Source: an uncultured Nitrososphaerales archaeon (GTDB lineage: Archaea > Thermoproteota > Nitrososphaeria > Nitrososphaerales > Nitrososphaeraceae). Taken from it: DNA of 64,000 nt. A program made the translations under genes and the position numbers. The notes under the pieces were generated by a model. That model saw only the letters and a program-made list of their open reading frames with translations. It did not search any database and was not told the origin of the DNA. Positions 22,158-33,402 of the stretch are shown here, piece by piece. The stretch spans positions 800,001 through 864,000 of the forward strand of contig CAVQMO010000010.1 of NCBI GenBank assembly GCA_963713605.1. Direction: 5' to 3'. Every line of letters starts with the position of its first letter. Within the stretch, counting starts at the first letter, position 1.

Positions 22158-23027
22158 CTAAGCGAAAGTAACTCGATTTCTAATTGTTCCCAGCCTTTCG
22201 ATAGTAATCTCGACAACATCGCCGTCCTTCAGATATCGAGGTTCCTTCATTGACATTGCCACGCCAGCCGGCGTACCAGTGGAAATAATGTCCCCTGCTT
22301 CGATAGTCATGACACTACTCAAGCTAGCAATAATCTTCTGAATGGAAAGGACCATATTAATGCTTGAAGAGTTCTGTCTCGTTTCTCCATTGACCTTTGT
22401 AACTATTGAAAGGTTCTGTGGATCCTGTACTTCGTCCTTCGTGGTAATCCAAGGGCCACAAGGTGCAAAGGTGTCCATACTCTTGCCTCGAGTGAATTGC
22501 TTGTCTTTGAACTGGATGTCTCTAGCCGAGACATCATGAAGAATCATGTATCCAAAGACAATATCCAATGATTTTTCTTCAGAAATCTTTCTTGCCTTCT
22601 TTCCTATTATCGCAGCTATTTCAGCTTCATAGTCAAGCCTAGTTACAAATGGCGGACAAATTATGTCCTTAAAGGGTGAGTTAAGAGTTGTTCGTGGCTT
22701 CATGAATATGACCGGTTCGTCAGAGGGGGTAAGGCCGGCGTCTCTTGCATGGTCATAGTAGTTAAAGGCCAAGCACAATATCTTTGGAGGATTTGGAATA
22801 GGTGCTAGCAAATCGAGATCTTTTACATAATGTGAATAGGTAAGTTTATTACAATTTCCCCTGACTTCGTCCAACCAACCGTTGAACATGAATTCTTTAA
22901 TCGATATGGGTATAGGAATTCCAGTCTGTTCTTGAATCTCATTCCTGGTCACAAGTTTCTTTTCATCACTTGAGATTAACGCATATGTCTCGGTATTATT
23001 GGAATCTTTTACTCTGGCTATCTTCAT
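22158..23027 (-). CDS. Fumarylacetoacetate hydrolase family protein
   Basis: NYYDH, DYEAE, DVSARD, GKSMDTF, GDIISTGTPAGV. Confidence 0.9.
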   Translation of the reverse strand: MKIARVKDSNNTETYALISSDEKKLVTRNEIQEQTGIPIPISIKEFMFNGWLDEVRGNCNKLTYSHYVKDLDLLAPIPNPPKILCLAFNYYDHARDAGLTPSDEPVIFMKPRTTLNSPFKDIICPPFVTRLDYEAEIAAIIGKKARKISEEKSLDIVFGYMILHDVSARDIQFKDKQFTRGKSMDTFAPCGPWITTKDEVQDPQNLSIVTKVNGETRQNSSSINMVLSIQKIIASLSSVMTIEAGDIISTGTPAGVAMSMKEPRYLKDGDVVEITIERLGTIRNRVTFA

Positions 23028-23044
23028 TTCATTTCAAATTATTG

Positions 23045-24781
23045 TTAATCGTGCGTATATATTGCTACTCCATTAGTTTGCAATCTACAAAAGCCAAACC
23101 GGACAAACTGGATATTGCTACCCGCTCGTACCTTTGACACATATGATTCTGCAATTCCAGTATACGTGTGAAGACTATCTTTGTTAAATTCACCGTTAAT
23201 AAAGAGCTTATCCGGGACTATAACAGTGAAGGGTACCATATCATCATTGGAAACCCATTGAACTTTCGGTATATTTGCCTTTATCCCTTGCCCAGTATTG
23301 AACACACGCAAATATTCAGCAGTTTCTCCTTGTACTACCTCATCGAGCAGAATATTGTGCATTTCCATTAGTCTGATTTCCTGCCCCCCCTTCAATCGGT
23401 CAGCATCCGCTTTATCTATGTAAATACGATCCGAGGTCTGGACATTCCTAGTCCCCAATTGAGCTGTAGGGTGATTCTTTAATTCAACCTTACTCACAAT
23501 TGGGTTGACAATTCTAATTTCAACTGGATGTTTAACAAAGAAGAGCCGTAGCGCTATCAGGTCAAGTAACTTTCTGTTATATGATTCAAGTGACTCAAAT
23601 GGAGGTTTGGTATCGGCGAGTGAGATACCTAGAGAGAGGACAAATTTGTGGATTGCCTCTGGTAGTACTCCTCTTCTTCTGAGTGCCACTAAGGTCGGGA
23701 GCCTAGGATCATCCCAGCCAGAGACTAGGCCTCCTTCGATAAGAGGCTTCAGTTTTCTTTTAGAAACTGGCATCCCTTCAAATTCCAGACGTGAAAACTC
23801 GAGCATCAAAGGCATGCGAAGTCCCAATGAGCTAAGTACCGAGAAATATAGCGCGTTTCTTAGCTGGTACTCCTTAGTTCGCATTGCATGTGTGACACCG
23901 TCAAGACTATCCTCAATTGGCGCAGCAAAGTCATATGTCGGAAATGCCCTTATCCTTCTGCCGAGCTTCGGGTGATCAGCATCAATTATCCGGAATAATG
24001 TAGGGTCCCGCATCGCGGTATTCAGATCGGACATCTCTCCTCTAAACCTTATTATAGCTTCATTCTGCTCATACGAGCCATCGAAAAATTTCTCCAAGCG
24101 AGTCATGCGATCGTTGCTGTCCAAACTCTTACAGAGACAGTTTACACCTTTTGCCCTCATAGAATGAATTTCGTCTGGTCTACAAGTGCAGACGTAAGCA
24201 TCGCCTTTCGTAACTATTTTTCTTCCGTACGACTGGAGAAGTTCAATATCGTCAGATGTATTCTTCACGAGGTCAGGATTTATACCCAGCCATTCCAGTC
24301 CCTCCTTGATAGCGTCGTAGAATTCCAGTTGTTCATTAAGTGGATTGGTGTCATCAAATCTGAGAATTAGCTTACCTTCGTACATCCTTGCGTATTCTTG
24401 GTCAATAATTGCAGCTTTAGCGTGTCCTATATGAGGATAGCCATTGGGTTCCGGAGGGAACCTTGTCACGACTCTTCCCATGCTGGCCCCTTGAAGTGAG
24501 GGTAGGTTTGGCTCCTCCTTGCGTTTAGGACCCTTATTGACATTCTCGAATACCATAAGCTTCGATGCGATTCTCTCCTGATCGGCCTGATCAAGAGAAT
24601 TAACTTCATCTACTATTTTTTTAATAAGAGGAATTTGTTCCTTTATTGTAGGGCGCAAATCGGGTCTCAAACCAATAACCTTTGAGATCACAACGTCATA
24701 TCTTGCACTTCCACCAAATTCTATCGCATTTCTTAATACTATTTTTTTGATTACTTGTTGAATTGTATCATCTATAGTCAT
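23045..24781 (-). CDS. gltX: Glutamate--tRNA ligase
   Basis: TRFPPEPNGYPHIGHAK, RFDDTNP, VSKRK, WDDPRL. Confidence 0.95.
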   Translation of the reverse strand: MTIDDTIQQVIKKIVLRNAIEFGGSARYDVVISKVIGLRPDLRPTIKEQIPLIKKIVDEVNSLDQADQERIASKLMVFENVNKGPKRKEEPNLPSLQGASMGRVVTRFPPEPNGYPHIGHAKAAIIDQEYARMYEGKLILRFDDTNPLNEQLEFYDAIKEGLEWLGINPDLVKNTSDDIELLQSYGRKIVTKGDAYVCTCRPDEIHSMRAKGVNCLCKSLDSNDRMTRLEKFFDGSYEQNEAIIRFRGEMSDLNTAMRDPTLFRIIDADHPKLGRRIRAFPTYDFAAPIEDSLDGVTHAMRTKEYQLRNALYFSVLSSLGLRMPLMLEFSRLEFEGMPVSKRKLKPLIEGGLVSGWDDPRLPTLVALRRRGVLPEAIHKFVLSLGISLADTKPPFESLESYNRKLLDLIALRLFFVKHPVEIRIVNPIVSKVELKNHPTAQLGTRNVQTSDRIYIDKADADRLKGGQEIRLMEMHNILLDEVVQGETAEYLRVFNTGQGIKANIPKVQWVSNDDMVPFTVIVPDKLFINGEFNKDSLHTYTGIAESYVSKVRAGSNIQFVRFGFCRLQTNGVAIYTHD

Positions 24782-24790
24782 CTTGAGAGT

Positions 24791-25798
24791 CTAGACCGTC
24801 CTCTCAACAATGAAATGAGCAGAAGCAATCATCTTTCTCTTTGCTATGCTATCATCATAACGAGAGATCAATTCCAAAGCTTTTTGGATATGTTGTCTAG
24901 CATTATCCCTCACCGTTTCCTCAATACCTAATGAAGAAATTGTTTTCACTGCCTCCTCTATCTCTATTTTAGAGGCATTCCTGGAACCAAAGACCCTCAA
25001 GATCTTTTCCCTGTTGTCGCTGTTACTAATTTGTAGCGCCAGGAGAATTGGTAAAGTTTTTTTGCCTTCCCGTAGATCGTTTCCAACAGATTTGCCGGTC
25101 AATTTTGCATCGCCTATAACTCCTATAAGATCGTCAATGAGTTGAAATGCGATTCCCACATTTTCTCCAAACTGGGCTAGGGCAAATGTATCTTTTTCTG
25201 TAGATGCTGGAGCAGAAAGTACACCCAGAGCACAAGACAACCCAAATAAAGCAGCAGTTTTCTTGGTTATCATCAAGATGTATTCTTGTTCATTTACAAG
25301 CTTATCTTCGAACGCCATTCCAAGGTCAAGAGCCTGTCCTTCGCATACGTAGACGCACGCATTCGAGAGCATGGAAACCATCTCACAAATTCTGCTATTA
25401 GAAATACCTAACTTGCCGCAATTTTCAACGATCATCTGATATGCCTTTGAAAATAGTACGTCGCCTGCGAGAATTGCTAGTGGTAATCCATATGACTTGT
25501 GAACGGTTGGAACGCTGTGTCTCACATCGTCATTATCCATTATGTCATCATGTACCAGGGAAAAATTGTGGATCATCTCAACTGAAGCTGCTGCTGGTAG
25601 AGCCATCATCTTTGATCCTCCAAACATCTCGCATGCCTTTACAACCATAAATGGCCTGAGTCTTTTGCCGCCACTGCTGATATAATGAGCCGACGCAGAG
25701 TAAAGTTCCGAAGGCGTGCCCTTTAATCTCCTCAGTATATATTCATTTATATCCGATGCAGTAGATTCCATTTCTTCATCGATTTCCGGGATATTCAA
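24791..25798 (-). CDS. Geranylgeranyl diphosphate synthase
   Basis: GGKRLRP, HDDIMD, GDVL, KKTA, FQLIDD, DLREGKKT; lies in the isoprenoid operon. Confidence 0.9.
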   Translation of the reverse strand: MNIPEIDEEMESTASDINEYILRRLKGTPSELYSASAHYISSGGKRLRPFMVVKACEMFGGSKMMALPAAASVEMIHNFSLVHDDIMDNDDVRHSVPTVHKSYGLPLAILAGDVLFSKAYQMIVENCGKLGISNSRICEMVSMLSNACVYVCEGQALDLGMAFEDKLVNEQEYILMITKKTAALFGLSCALGVLSAPASTEKDTFALAQFGENVGIAFQLIDDLIGVIGDAKLTGKSVGNDLREGKKTLPILLALQISNSDNREKILRVFGSRNASKIEIEEAVKTISSLGIEETVRDNARQHIQKALELISRYDDSIAKRKMIASAHFIVERTV

Positions 25799-26890
25799 TA
25801 GTCATTCACCTCTGATCGCAATTCGCCCGTCAAGATACACTTGGCACTTTTGAGAGTGTTCATATCTCCAGCTCCTACCAGAAACATTGTGCTCTTTAGC
25901 TCAGCTATTACAGTGTCTGCGAATTGATACAAGGCCTCTTTTGATTGAACTGCATTTACGAGAAATGGATATGCCATAGCACACATGTCAGCTCCTATTG
26001 CTATGCACTTTGCAATCTCCAACCCATTGCGAATACCGCCCGAGGCTATTAAAGGCAATTTTGTCAGCGACCTCCTCACAACTATAATGCTCAATGCAGT
26101 AGGTATTCCCCAATCCCAGAATAGTTCGCCAAGCCGTGTTTTCAGGCTTTCGCTTGCGCTTTCAGCACGCACTTTCTCAACTCCAGCCCAACTGGTACCC
26201 CCTGCCCCGGCAACGTTTATCGCAGAAACACCCACTTCACTCAACTTTAGCGCTCGCCTCTCTAGATATTCCGGCTCCAACCTCTTTTGCCATTACCGGA
26301 ACACCTACAACTTTCACTAGGTCAGATATGCATCCAAGTACTCCAGAATATCTTGGTTCCCCTTCAGGTTGTACTAACTCTTGCAATGGATTAAGGTGAA
26401 CTACTAGTGCATCAGCACTAATCATTTCTATCAACTTTTTTACCTTGGCAACTGAAAGACCACTTGACAGTTGCGCGCCCCCTATGTTAGCTATGAGAAA
26501 AGCGTTTGGTGCGTTTTTTCTCGCTATAATGTAACTATCTGCAAGTTTCTCGCTTACCAAACCAGCTCTTTGAGATCCCACACCCATCGGAAGTGAGTAG
26601 GACTCGGCCAGCTCCGCAAGTCTGCCGTTTATCAGTAAGGCCTTTGCTGTTCCCCCTGTCATAGAATCGATGATAAGAGGAGCAGAAAACCGGCGTCCTA
26701 GGAATTTCGCAGACGTATCAATGTCGCTCAAATTTAGTTCAGGAATCGCATTATGTACTAATTTTACATACTCCAGATAAGTAGATGTTGATTTTGCCTG
26801 GACGTCACGGTTTAGGGGGATATCAATACCTTCCTGCTTCCTTTTCATTATATCAAGTGCTTCGTCCTTTAGCCTAACGGGATCTACCAT
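25795..26890 (-). CDS. fni: Type 2 isopentenyl-diphosphate isomerase, one frameshift near 26250
   Basis: SMTGG, VGSQRA, NIGG, HLNPLQE..QPEGE, KEVGAG, GAGGTSW, WDWGIPT. Confidence 0.92.
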
Positions 26891-26893
26891 TTC

Positions 26894-27670
26894 TTATCTC
26901 CTACCCTTACGCGGAATCGCTGGAATTATGGTCCCCTTTGCCTCAACACCCCTCAGAATATCAAAAACACGTTCTGCGTTCAGTCCGTTCACTATATTCA
27001 CATCGATGCCCAGTCTGGCAATTTCAAATGCCTCTGAAATTTTTCTGCCCATACCCCCAGTAACATCAATAGCGGAATCCATGATATTGATTTCATTAGT
27101 AGGAAAATTCAGTACCTTTACCAGCTTCTTATTTTTCATGTCTTCGTAAATACCATCTACATTCACGGTGAATATTACTCTTGATGGCATGAGGTGAGCA
27201 GCAATTTGTGTCATCAGAGTATCACCTGATACAATAGAGAATCTGCCCTCATTGATATGTATCACGTCGCCAAAAATGACTGGCACAATACCGCGCCGAG
27301 TAAATTCGACTAGCTCATTGAACTTGGCAACATTTACCTTTCCATCTGTAAATAGGGAGATTGGTGATATTCCATAAGGTGTAAGCCCTGCATCCAACAT
27401 CGATTTAACAACGATCTGATTCAGAGCCACCATTGATTCATGTATCACCGATATCCCACGAGAATCATACAATTCAGGCTTTGTATGGACGTTATATTTC
27501 ACTGACCAATAATGACCAAATGAACCTCCTCCGTGGACTATGATAAGTGAAACACCAAGTTTTGCAAGAACGCGGGAGAGCCCCTCAATCGCGTTGATAT
27601 TTGGGGTAAGCGCTCGATCTTTTACCGTGATCACTGAACCTCCGAGCTTTATAAGCAACACCTGAGTCAT
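26894..27670 (-). CDS. ipk: Isopentenyl phosphate kinase
   Basis: KLGGSVIT.K, HGGGSFGH, SGD, DVTGGM..K; context. Confidence 0.88.
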   Translation of the reverse strand: MTQVLLIKLGGSVITVKDRALTPNINAIEGLSRVLAKLGVSLIIVHGGGSFGHYWSVKYNVHTKPELYDSRGISVIHESMVALNQIVVKSMLDAGLTPYGISPISLFTDGKVNVAKFNELVEFTRRGIVPVIFGDVIHINEGRFSIVSGDTLMTQIAAHLMPSRVIFTVNVDGIYEDMKNKKLVKVLNFPTNEINIMDSAIDVTGGMGRKISEAFEIARLGIDVNIVNGLNAERVFDILRGVEAKGTIIPAIPRKGRR

Positions 27671-27709
27671 AATCTAGAGTGGCATAATTTCCATTACTGA
27701 TTTAAAGCT

Positions 27710-28726
27710 TTAATCGATTATTAATCCCTTATTTTCTATATCGATTGCCTCCGAGGACAAATTCAAACCTTCTAATGCTGCGCCTATTGCCGGGATTGTC
27801 TCTGGTCTGGCTAGTACAAGGATGCAACCTCCTCCCCCGGCACCTGTAATTTTTGCTCCTAGTGACCCACACCTAGAACAAATACCGATAATCTTTTCAA
27901 TCTCCTTATTGGAAACACCAATCTCTCTTAGCAGCTTGTGATTCTCGGTCATTAGTCGACCAATTTCTTCCAAAGACCCTTTGGCGATTGCCCTTACCCC
28001 ACTCGAACAAATTGCAGATGCATCGTTTGTTAATTCGTTGAAGTACTTTGACCTGTTTCTACTAAATCTTCTCACGTGGGATACTAACTCCGAAGTTTCA
28101 TGACTTTTACGAGTGTTTATCAAAAAAAGTGGTATGGACCGATTCTCTATTGAGGTTGTTCCAGGAGTACCAGTTAAACCAGCAAAATGAACTAGACCGC
28201 CATAGGTTGAGACGTAGCAATCGACGCCCGATGATTTGTTATGGATCATTTGTTCACCATTGAGTGCGTTTTCAAATACCCATTTTCTGTCAATGGAAGA
28301 TATTTCTTTGCTGGAGGCGCCCGTAACAATCGATTTCAATATACCAGCCAACATTACGCAAGAAGCCGCTGAACTGCCAAGGCCCATGCCTACGGCTATT
28401 TCTGACTTGAGATGAATTTGCAGCCCAATTTCTGGCGCATACTCTTTGAGAATGTTTTGGCAGAAGGTGTTGAGTGGTTCAAGCACCTTTTTGTTGGCCT
28501 GTCTATTTATCTTAGTGGTATGCTGTCTGTTATATGGATAATGTTCTATTTGAAGATCCGAATCAATCCGTACCCCCAATTTCTCGGTGGATTCTGCTCT
28601 TCCGAAACAACGTCTATTAATGGCCGCCACGATAGCTTCGTTGTTGTAAACTACAAAATGCTCTCCAAAAATAATGACTTTGCCAGGAGCTGAGGCACCT
28701 ACTTGAGTTCGATAGCTGATATCCAT
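27710..28726 (-). CDS. mvk: Mevalonate kinase
   Basis: APGKVIIFGEH, GLGSSAA, SGVD, KITGAGGGG. Confidence 0.92.
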   Translation of the reverse strand: MDISYRTQVGASAPGKVIIFGEHFVVYNNEAIVAAINRRCFGRAESTEKLGVRIDSDLQIEHYPYNRQHTTKINRQANKKVLEPLNTFCQNILKEYAPEIGLQIHLKSEIAVGMGLGSSAASCVMLAGILKSIVTGASSKEISSIDRKWVFENALNGEQMIHNKSSGVDCYVSTYGGLVHFAGLTGTPGTTSIENRSIPLFLINTRKSHETSELVSHVRRFSRNRSKYFNELTNDASAICSSGVRAIAKGSLEEIGRLMTENHKLLREIGVSNKEIEKIIGICSRCGSLGAKITGAGGGGCILVLARPETIPAIGAALEGLNLSSEAIDIENKGLIID

Positions 28727-28736
28727 ACAAGAGAGT

Positions 28737-29594
28737 TCATACAAATAATATTGATGAGTATCCCACGACAGATGATTTGTCTCCCGTTACGTCTCCGCTT
28801 GTGGCATATCTAAGCAGCTCTCCTTGGGATGCTCCGAGATTTTTTGCTGCAATCATAATCGTCGCAATAGCGCCATATCCGCAAGCAGATACATTGTATT
28901 GTCTTAGAGTAGAATAGAACGCTCTGACATCAAGTGAAAGAATTGACTCGATAAGTTGCGAATCTTTTCGATGTGCTTCGGAATTTGATTCGTAATGTGT
29001 AAAATCAGATGATGCGATTAACATAAACTCTTCTCCCTTAGGGGCCCACTCTTTTATAGTCTCTGAGATGGCAGATCCAACTTCAAGGGCCACATATTCA
29101 TCTTGATTTGTCAAAATTATCGGAACAATTCTAAATTTCTCGGAAGTGTATAGCAAGAATGGAATCTGAACCTCCAGGCAGTGGTCTCTACTATGTGCAA
29201 ACTCATCAATATCCATCAACGTTGCTCTAGAAGCGATGTCTTTTGCCACCTGCGGATTTACCAGTACTTCGCCCATAGGAGATTCCCATATTCCATCCAT
29301 TGTGGTCGCCACGAAAGAGCCCAGCCCATAATGATTGGGACCGACCAGTATAACATTGTTAAATTTAGAGGATGAAATGCTGTAATAACCATTGGCAGCC
29401 ACGCTCCCAGAGTACAGATACCCAGCGTGAGGAGAAACTATTCCATAAATTTTTCTGACCAGGTCTGAAGGTGGCAGATGCCCCGGACCGAATGTATTAT
29501 TCGTAAAACACCCTTTCAATTCCGCGACTAGTTGCTCTTTCTCAGAAGAATAGAAGATACCCGAAACGGAGGGTTTTCTTCTATAAATGCTCAA
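28737..29594 (-). CDS. MEMO1 family / AmmeMemoRadiSam protein B
   Basis: PHAGYLYSG, GPNH, H.LEVQ.PF, ASSDFTHY, CGYG. Confidence 0.9.
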   Translation of the reverse strand: MSIYRRKPSVSGIFYSSEKEQLVAELKGCFTNNTFGPGHLPPSDLVRKIYGIVSPHAGYLYSGSVAANGYYSISSSKFNNVILVGPNHYGLGSFVATTMDGIWESPMGEVLVNPQVAKDIASRATLMDIDEFAHSRDHCLEVQIPFLLYTSEKFRIVPIILTNQDEYVALEVGSAISETIKEWAPKGEEFMLIASSDFTHYESNSEAHRKDSQLIESILSLDVRAFYSTLRQYNVSACGYGAIATIMIAAKNLGASQGELLRYATSGDVTGDKSSVVGYSSILFV

Positions 29595-30343
29595 CTATAT
29601 TCCTCGACCAATTTGGTTTCAAAGTCCTCAATGGGAATTTTCATTTCACTGTCGGTCTTGATGACTCCTTGTTTCTTCAGTACCTCTCTCGCAAGTAACC
29701 AGTACACTGTCGCTAGTGCCTTACGGCCCCTATTATTGGCAGGGATCACTAGATCAACCTTCGATGTCACATTGTCACTATTGCAAATGGCAATTACGGG
29801 GACTCCAGCTCTAGTTGCTTCCAGTACCGCCTGCTGATCTGCCTGAGGGTCGGTTACAATGACTACTTGTGGCTCCATGTACTTGGGCAGTGATGGATTA
29901 GTAAACGTTCCCGGCATAAATCTCCCTAGGATGTATTTTGCATGAGTCAGTTCGCAGAATTTTTCAACCGGGGTTTTCCCGTACTCTCTTGCAGAAGTAA
30001 CAGCAACCTTGGAAATATCTGCCCGGCTTATGAACTTGGCAGCGATATCAATGCGTGAGAGTGTCTTGCTAATATCGAGAATATAAAGGCCCTCAGGGTT
30101 CGCTCTAATTATAAAGGGCATCATATACTTTGTTTTCACAGGCGTCCCAACCCTAATACCTGTTGAAAGTATCATTTTTTCAAGGTTATCTTGTTCGGGA
30201 ACGTAACTTGCCTCTGAGGTTGAAGTGTCATCAGAAGCTGATGACTCAATATTCATGTCGGAATCCTTCAAAGATCCCGTACTTTCAGCAGAATTGGAAT
30301 CATCAGATAAGGTAAGGTTATTACTCTCATTATCGCTGGACAT
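29591..30343 (-). CDS. rps2: 30S ribosomal protein S2 with acidic Ser-rich N-terminal extension
   Basis: GRFMPGTFTNP, TDP.ADQQA..EA, IPANNRG. Confidence 0.93.
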   Translation of the reverse strand: MSSDNESNNLTLSDDSNSAESTGSLKDSDMNIESSASDDTSTSEASYVPEQDNLEKMILSTGIRVGTPVKTKYMMPFIIRANPEGLYILDISKTLSRIDIAAKFISRADISKVAVTSAREYGKTPVEKFCELTHAKYILGRFMPGTFTNPSLPKYMEPQVVIVTDPQADQQAVLEATRAGVPVIAICNSDNVTSKVDLVIPANNRGRKALATVYWLLAREVLKKQGVIKTDSEMKIPIEDFETKLVEEYS

Positions 30344-31593
30344 TTTGGGTTGAGCAGATTTCAGCCATGCCTTCTATTAAACCATACTCTCTTATCCTTA
30401 CCAATTCATTTAACTTAGCTACTCTTTCACCGCCCAAAATTCCAGTTTTTATCATCTTGGAGCCAGTAGCTATCGATATGTGTGCAATATGTGAATCAGT
30501 AGATTCCCCTGATCTGTGAGAGGTAATAATTCCCATCCCCTCGTTTCGACAACCATTCGCAAACTGGAGCGCATCGTACAGTGATCCAGCCTGATTCACT
30601 TTAAGTATGGCCCCGGAACAGGCTCTATGCTTGGAAGCAATCGTCAACCTTGAAACATTAGTGACAAGCATGTCGTCACCGGTGACGAAACATCCAGGAT
30701 TAGCACTGGTAAGTATCGACATCCCAGAAAAATCCTCCTCATTTACCGGATCTTCGACGTATAAAAGTTTGTAACTTTTTATTAGATTATTAACATAGTC
30801 AATCTGTTCTTCAGAATTAAGGGCCTTCCCTTTTCTGCTATAATTATATTTTTTAGCCTTGTCATCCCAAATGGATGAACTAGCAAAGTCGATGCCCATT
30901 GCTACATGTTGACCCAGATTGAATCCGGCATTGCCAATGGCTTTTTCCGTTATTTGTAATGCCTGATCATTGGTTACGTTGGGTGCCCATGCTCCTTCAT
31001 CGCCTCTGCCATATGTAAATTTGGTATCGTATCTTTCGATAATATTTCTTAACTCTTTATGGATCTTGAAATTCATTTTCAGCGCCTCAACGATGTTACC
31101 AGCACCAATCGGGAGAACCAATACTTCTTGTATGTCGGGTGTCCCTGGTCCAGCATGCGCTCCCCCCCCTAGCACATTTCCTAGCGGAAAAGGAAACCTG
31201 TACGGGCCGTTTTTATTCAGCAATTTGAATAACGGTACTTGAGAGGCGTTAGCTGCTGAATCAACCGAGGCAATGCTTAGAGCATAAGCGACAGATCCCC
31301 CTAATTTTGAGTAATTGGGCGTTGGGTCAACTTCCTTCATAATGTTGTGTAATGCTTCTGGCTCATCTGCTATAACTCCCACAAATTTTGATTTGTTTTC
31401 CTCGAAAAACTTTATGGCGCGTTCAGGAGAATTCATAGGAAATGATCGACATTCAAACGTTCCTACACTCGCACCTGATGGAGCAGGCTGCTCTGCCTAA
31501 GTGCTTCCCATCAGTGACAACATCAATTTCAATGGTTTCGCTTCCGCGACTGTTAAAGATTATACGTGAATAAAGATCCGTTATTGTAGCCAT
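30330..31593 (-). CDS. eno: Enolase, one frameshift near 31490
   Basis: N-terminus MATITDLYSRIIFNSRG...APSGAS; GDEG, EDP, GDD, LKVNQ, SHRSGE. Confidence 0.92.
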
Positions 31594-31613
31594 TGAATTA
31601 TGAAGTTGTTTCG

Positions 31614-31850
31614 CTAATCTATTTCCGACTGAATTTCGGACATTCTTCGTCTCAAGGCTTCATAGTATGGGATCACTTGATCAATAGTTTCAACGGTAGA
31701 AACAAAAATCCTGCGACAGCAGTATCGATATATTCCTAATGAGTCCATTATTTTTGCAGGATCTTCTCCAGATTTGACCCTTGATACATATTCTGAATAC
31801 TTATCCGCAACTAGGGTACCGCAAGTAAAACAACGAACGGGAACAAGCAT
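31614..31850 (-). CDS. rpoN: RNA polymerase subunit N (Rpo10)
   Basis: PVRCFTCG, RYCCRR. Confidence 0.95.
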   Translation of the reverse strand: MLVPVRCFTCGTLVADKYSEYVSRVKSGEDPAKIMDSLGIYRYCCRRIFVSTVETIDQVIPYYEALRRRMSEIQSEID

Positions 31851-32001
31851 CTTACCTAGTATCGTTGGCTCGATAATAAAAACCATCTGCAAATTAAGGC
31901 TGAATTATAATATGGCCGGGTCAAGCTCGAGCTATGACAAATTAATTTCAATGATTCGAACAGTTATATTCAAATTACTCTGAACTGTCGAAATTTATTG
32001 A

Positions 32002-32086
32002 GCGGGAGTCGCCCAGCTTGGCCAAAGGCGTAAGACTGAGGCTCTTATCCCTCAGGGGTTCGTGGGTTCAAATCCCATCTCCCGCA
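32002..32086 (+). tRNA. tRNA-Leu(GAG)
   Basis: GCGGGAG/CTCCCGC-A acceptor, TAAGA-CTGAGGC-TCTTA anticodon arm, long variable arm, TTCAAAT loop. Confidence 0.93.
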
Positions 32087-32521
32087 CTTTTTTTGATGGT
32101 CACAGTAAGCGTTGGTACCTAATTCATCAAGTACGAAAAGAGCAGCACTTCAGCAAACCCAAATTTGGAAGGGAGGAGATATCTGCTTCTTGGACTCGCG
32201 TGAGCCAAGGCCCCACCTTATTTGAAAAAAGAATAACTGAATCAAAAACTTTAACCGAACTGATAACTGACAACTCATCTTTTTTTTATTATTGTCCATA
32301 AAATCCTTATCGTGTTGGACCAATAGAGGGGGATGAAATTAGCCTATAGAATTTAGGTCCAATCATCAAATATTCTCTTGTTGACAAAGACTCGACCACC
32401 GGCAATATCTATTAAATTCATATCATAAGGTAGTAACCTGGATTAAAGGTCCCTTTAAGGAAGTACGGAACTCTGGATTCCCTATCTAGGTACTAAGATA
32501 ATCAATCTCGACAAGAATGAC

Positions 32522-33010
32522 TTAGCAAGAATTCTTGAACTCTTTCATAACCTGCTCGCTATGACCTAGCGGCTTAACACGGTGGAAAATCTTGATTATC
32601 CTTCCGTCCTTTCCAATCAAGAATGTGGACCTCTGAACACCTAGGTATTCTTTTCCCATGAAATTTTTTGGTCCATAGCTTCCGTACAGCGATGCAATCC
32701 TGTGGTCAGGATCTGAAATGAGTTTGTACGGTATGTTCATTCGTTCTTTGAACTTGACGTGTGATTCCGTTTCATCTGGACTTACACCAAGAATAGTAAT
32801 ACCTTTGCTTTCGAATTTTTCATAATCTGTGGAGAATTCTTTTGCTTCTGTTGTGCACCCAGGTGTAAAATCCTTTGGATAGAAATAAAGTACGATGCAT
32901 CTCACTCCCTGATAACCAGACAGTTTCATTGATTTACCATTCGCCGTTCTGAAGCTAAAATCAGGTGCAAATTCTCCCTCCTCAGGATAATGTGATACAG
33001 TGGAATCCAT
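32522..33010 (-). CDS. bcp: BCP-type peroxiredoxin
   Basis: YFYPKDFTPGCTTEA, GVSPD, RSTFLI. Confidence 0.92.
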   Translation of the reverse strand: MDSTVSHYPEEGEFAPDFSFRTANGKSMKLSGYQGVRCIVLYFYPKDFTPGCTTEAKEFSTDYEKFESKGITILGVSPDETESHVKFKERMNIPYKLISDPDHRIASLYGSYGPKNFMGKEYLGVQRSTFLIGKDGRIIKIFHRVKPLGHSEQVMKEFKNSC

Positions 33011-33402
33011 GTCTTATGTAACCCCGTAAGTTATGGGGTTATTATTGTAGAATTTAAAGTCTGTGCTTTATTGGTTATTGGTTTCTACTGTATGGAGCTG
33101 ACTTGCAAATAGGCCTGCTGGACCAGCTACTACCTTTTCTCTTCCAGAGCCAGGTTGTGTTATGCAGACCACCGACCATTGAGTTACAATCAGCGCTAGG
33201 TGCGATTGGTAGAAAAAAAGATAAGCCTTATCGTTCAAGATTCACTTGTAGGATTGAAATCTTCAAGTCTTAAACTGACACGCTTACATTGTTGAAAATT
33301 ACCACGCTTCTTCGGGTGCCATTAAACAAATACACAATACCGATCTAGTGCAATCATTGCGATATTTGTTCTACTCTTATTTCACTTCGCGCAACAGGTA
33401 GA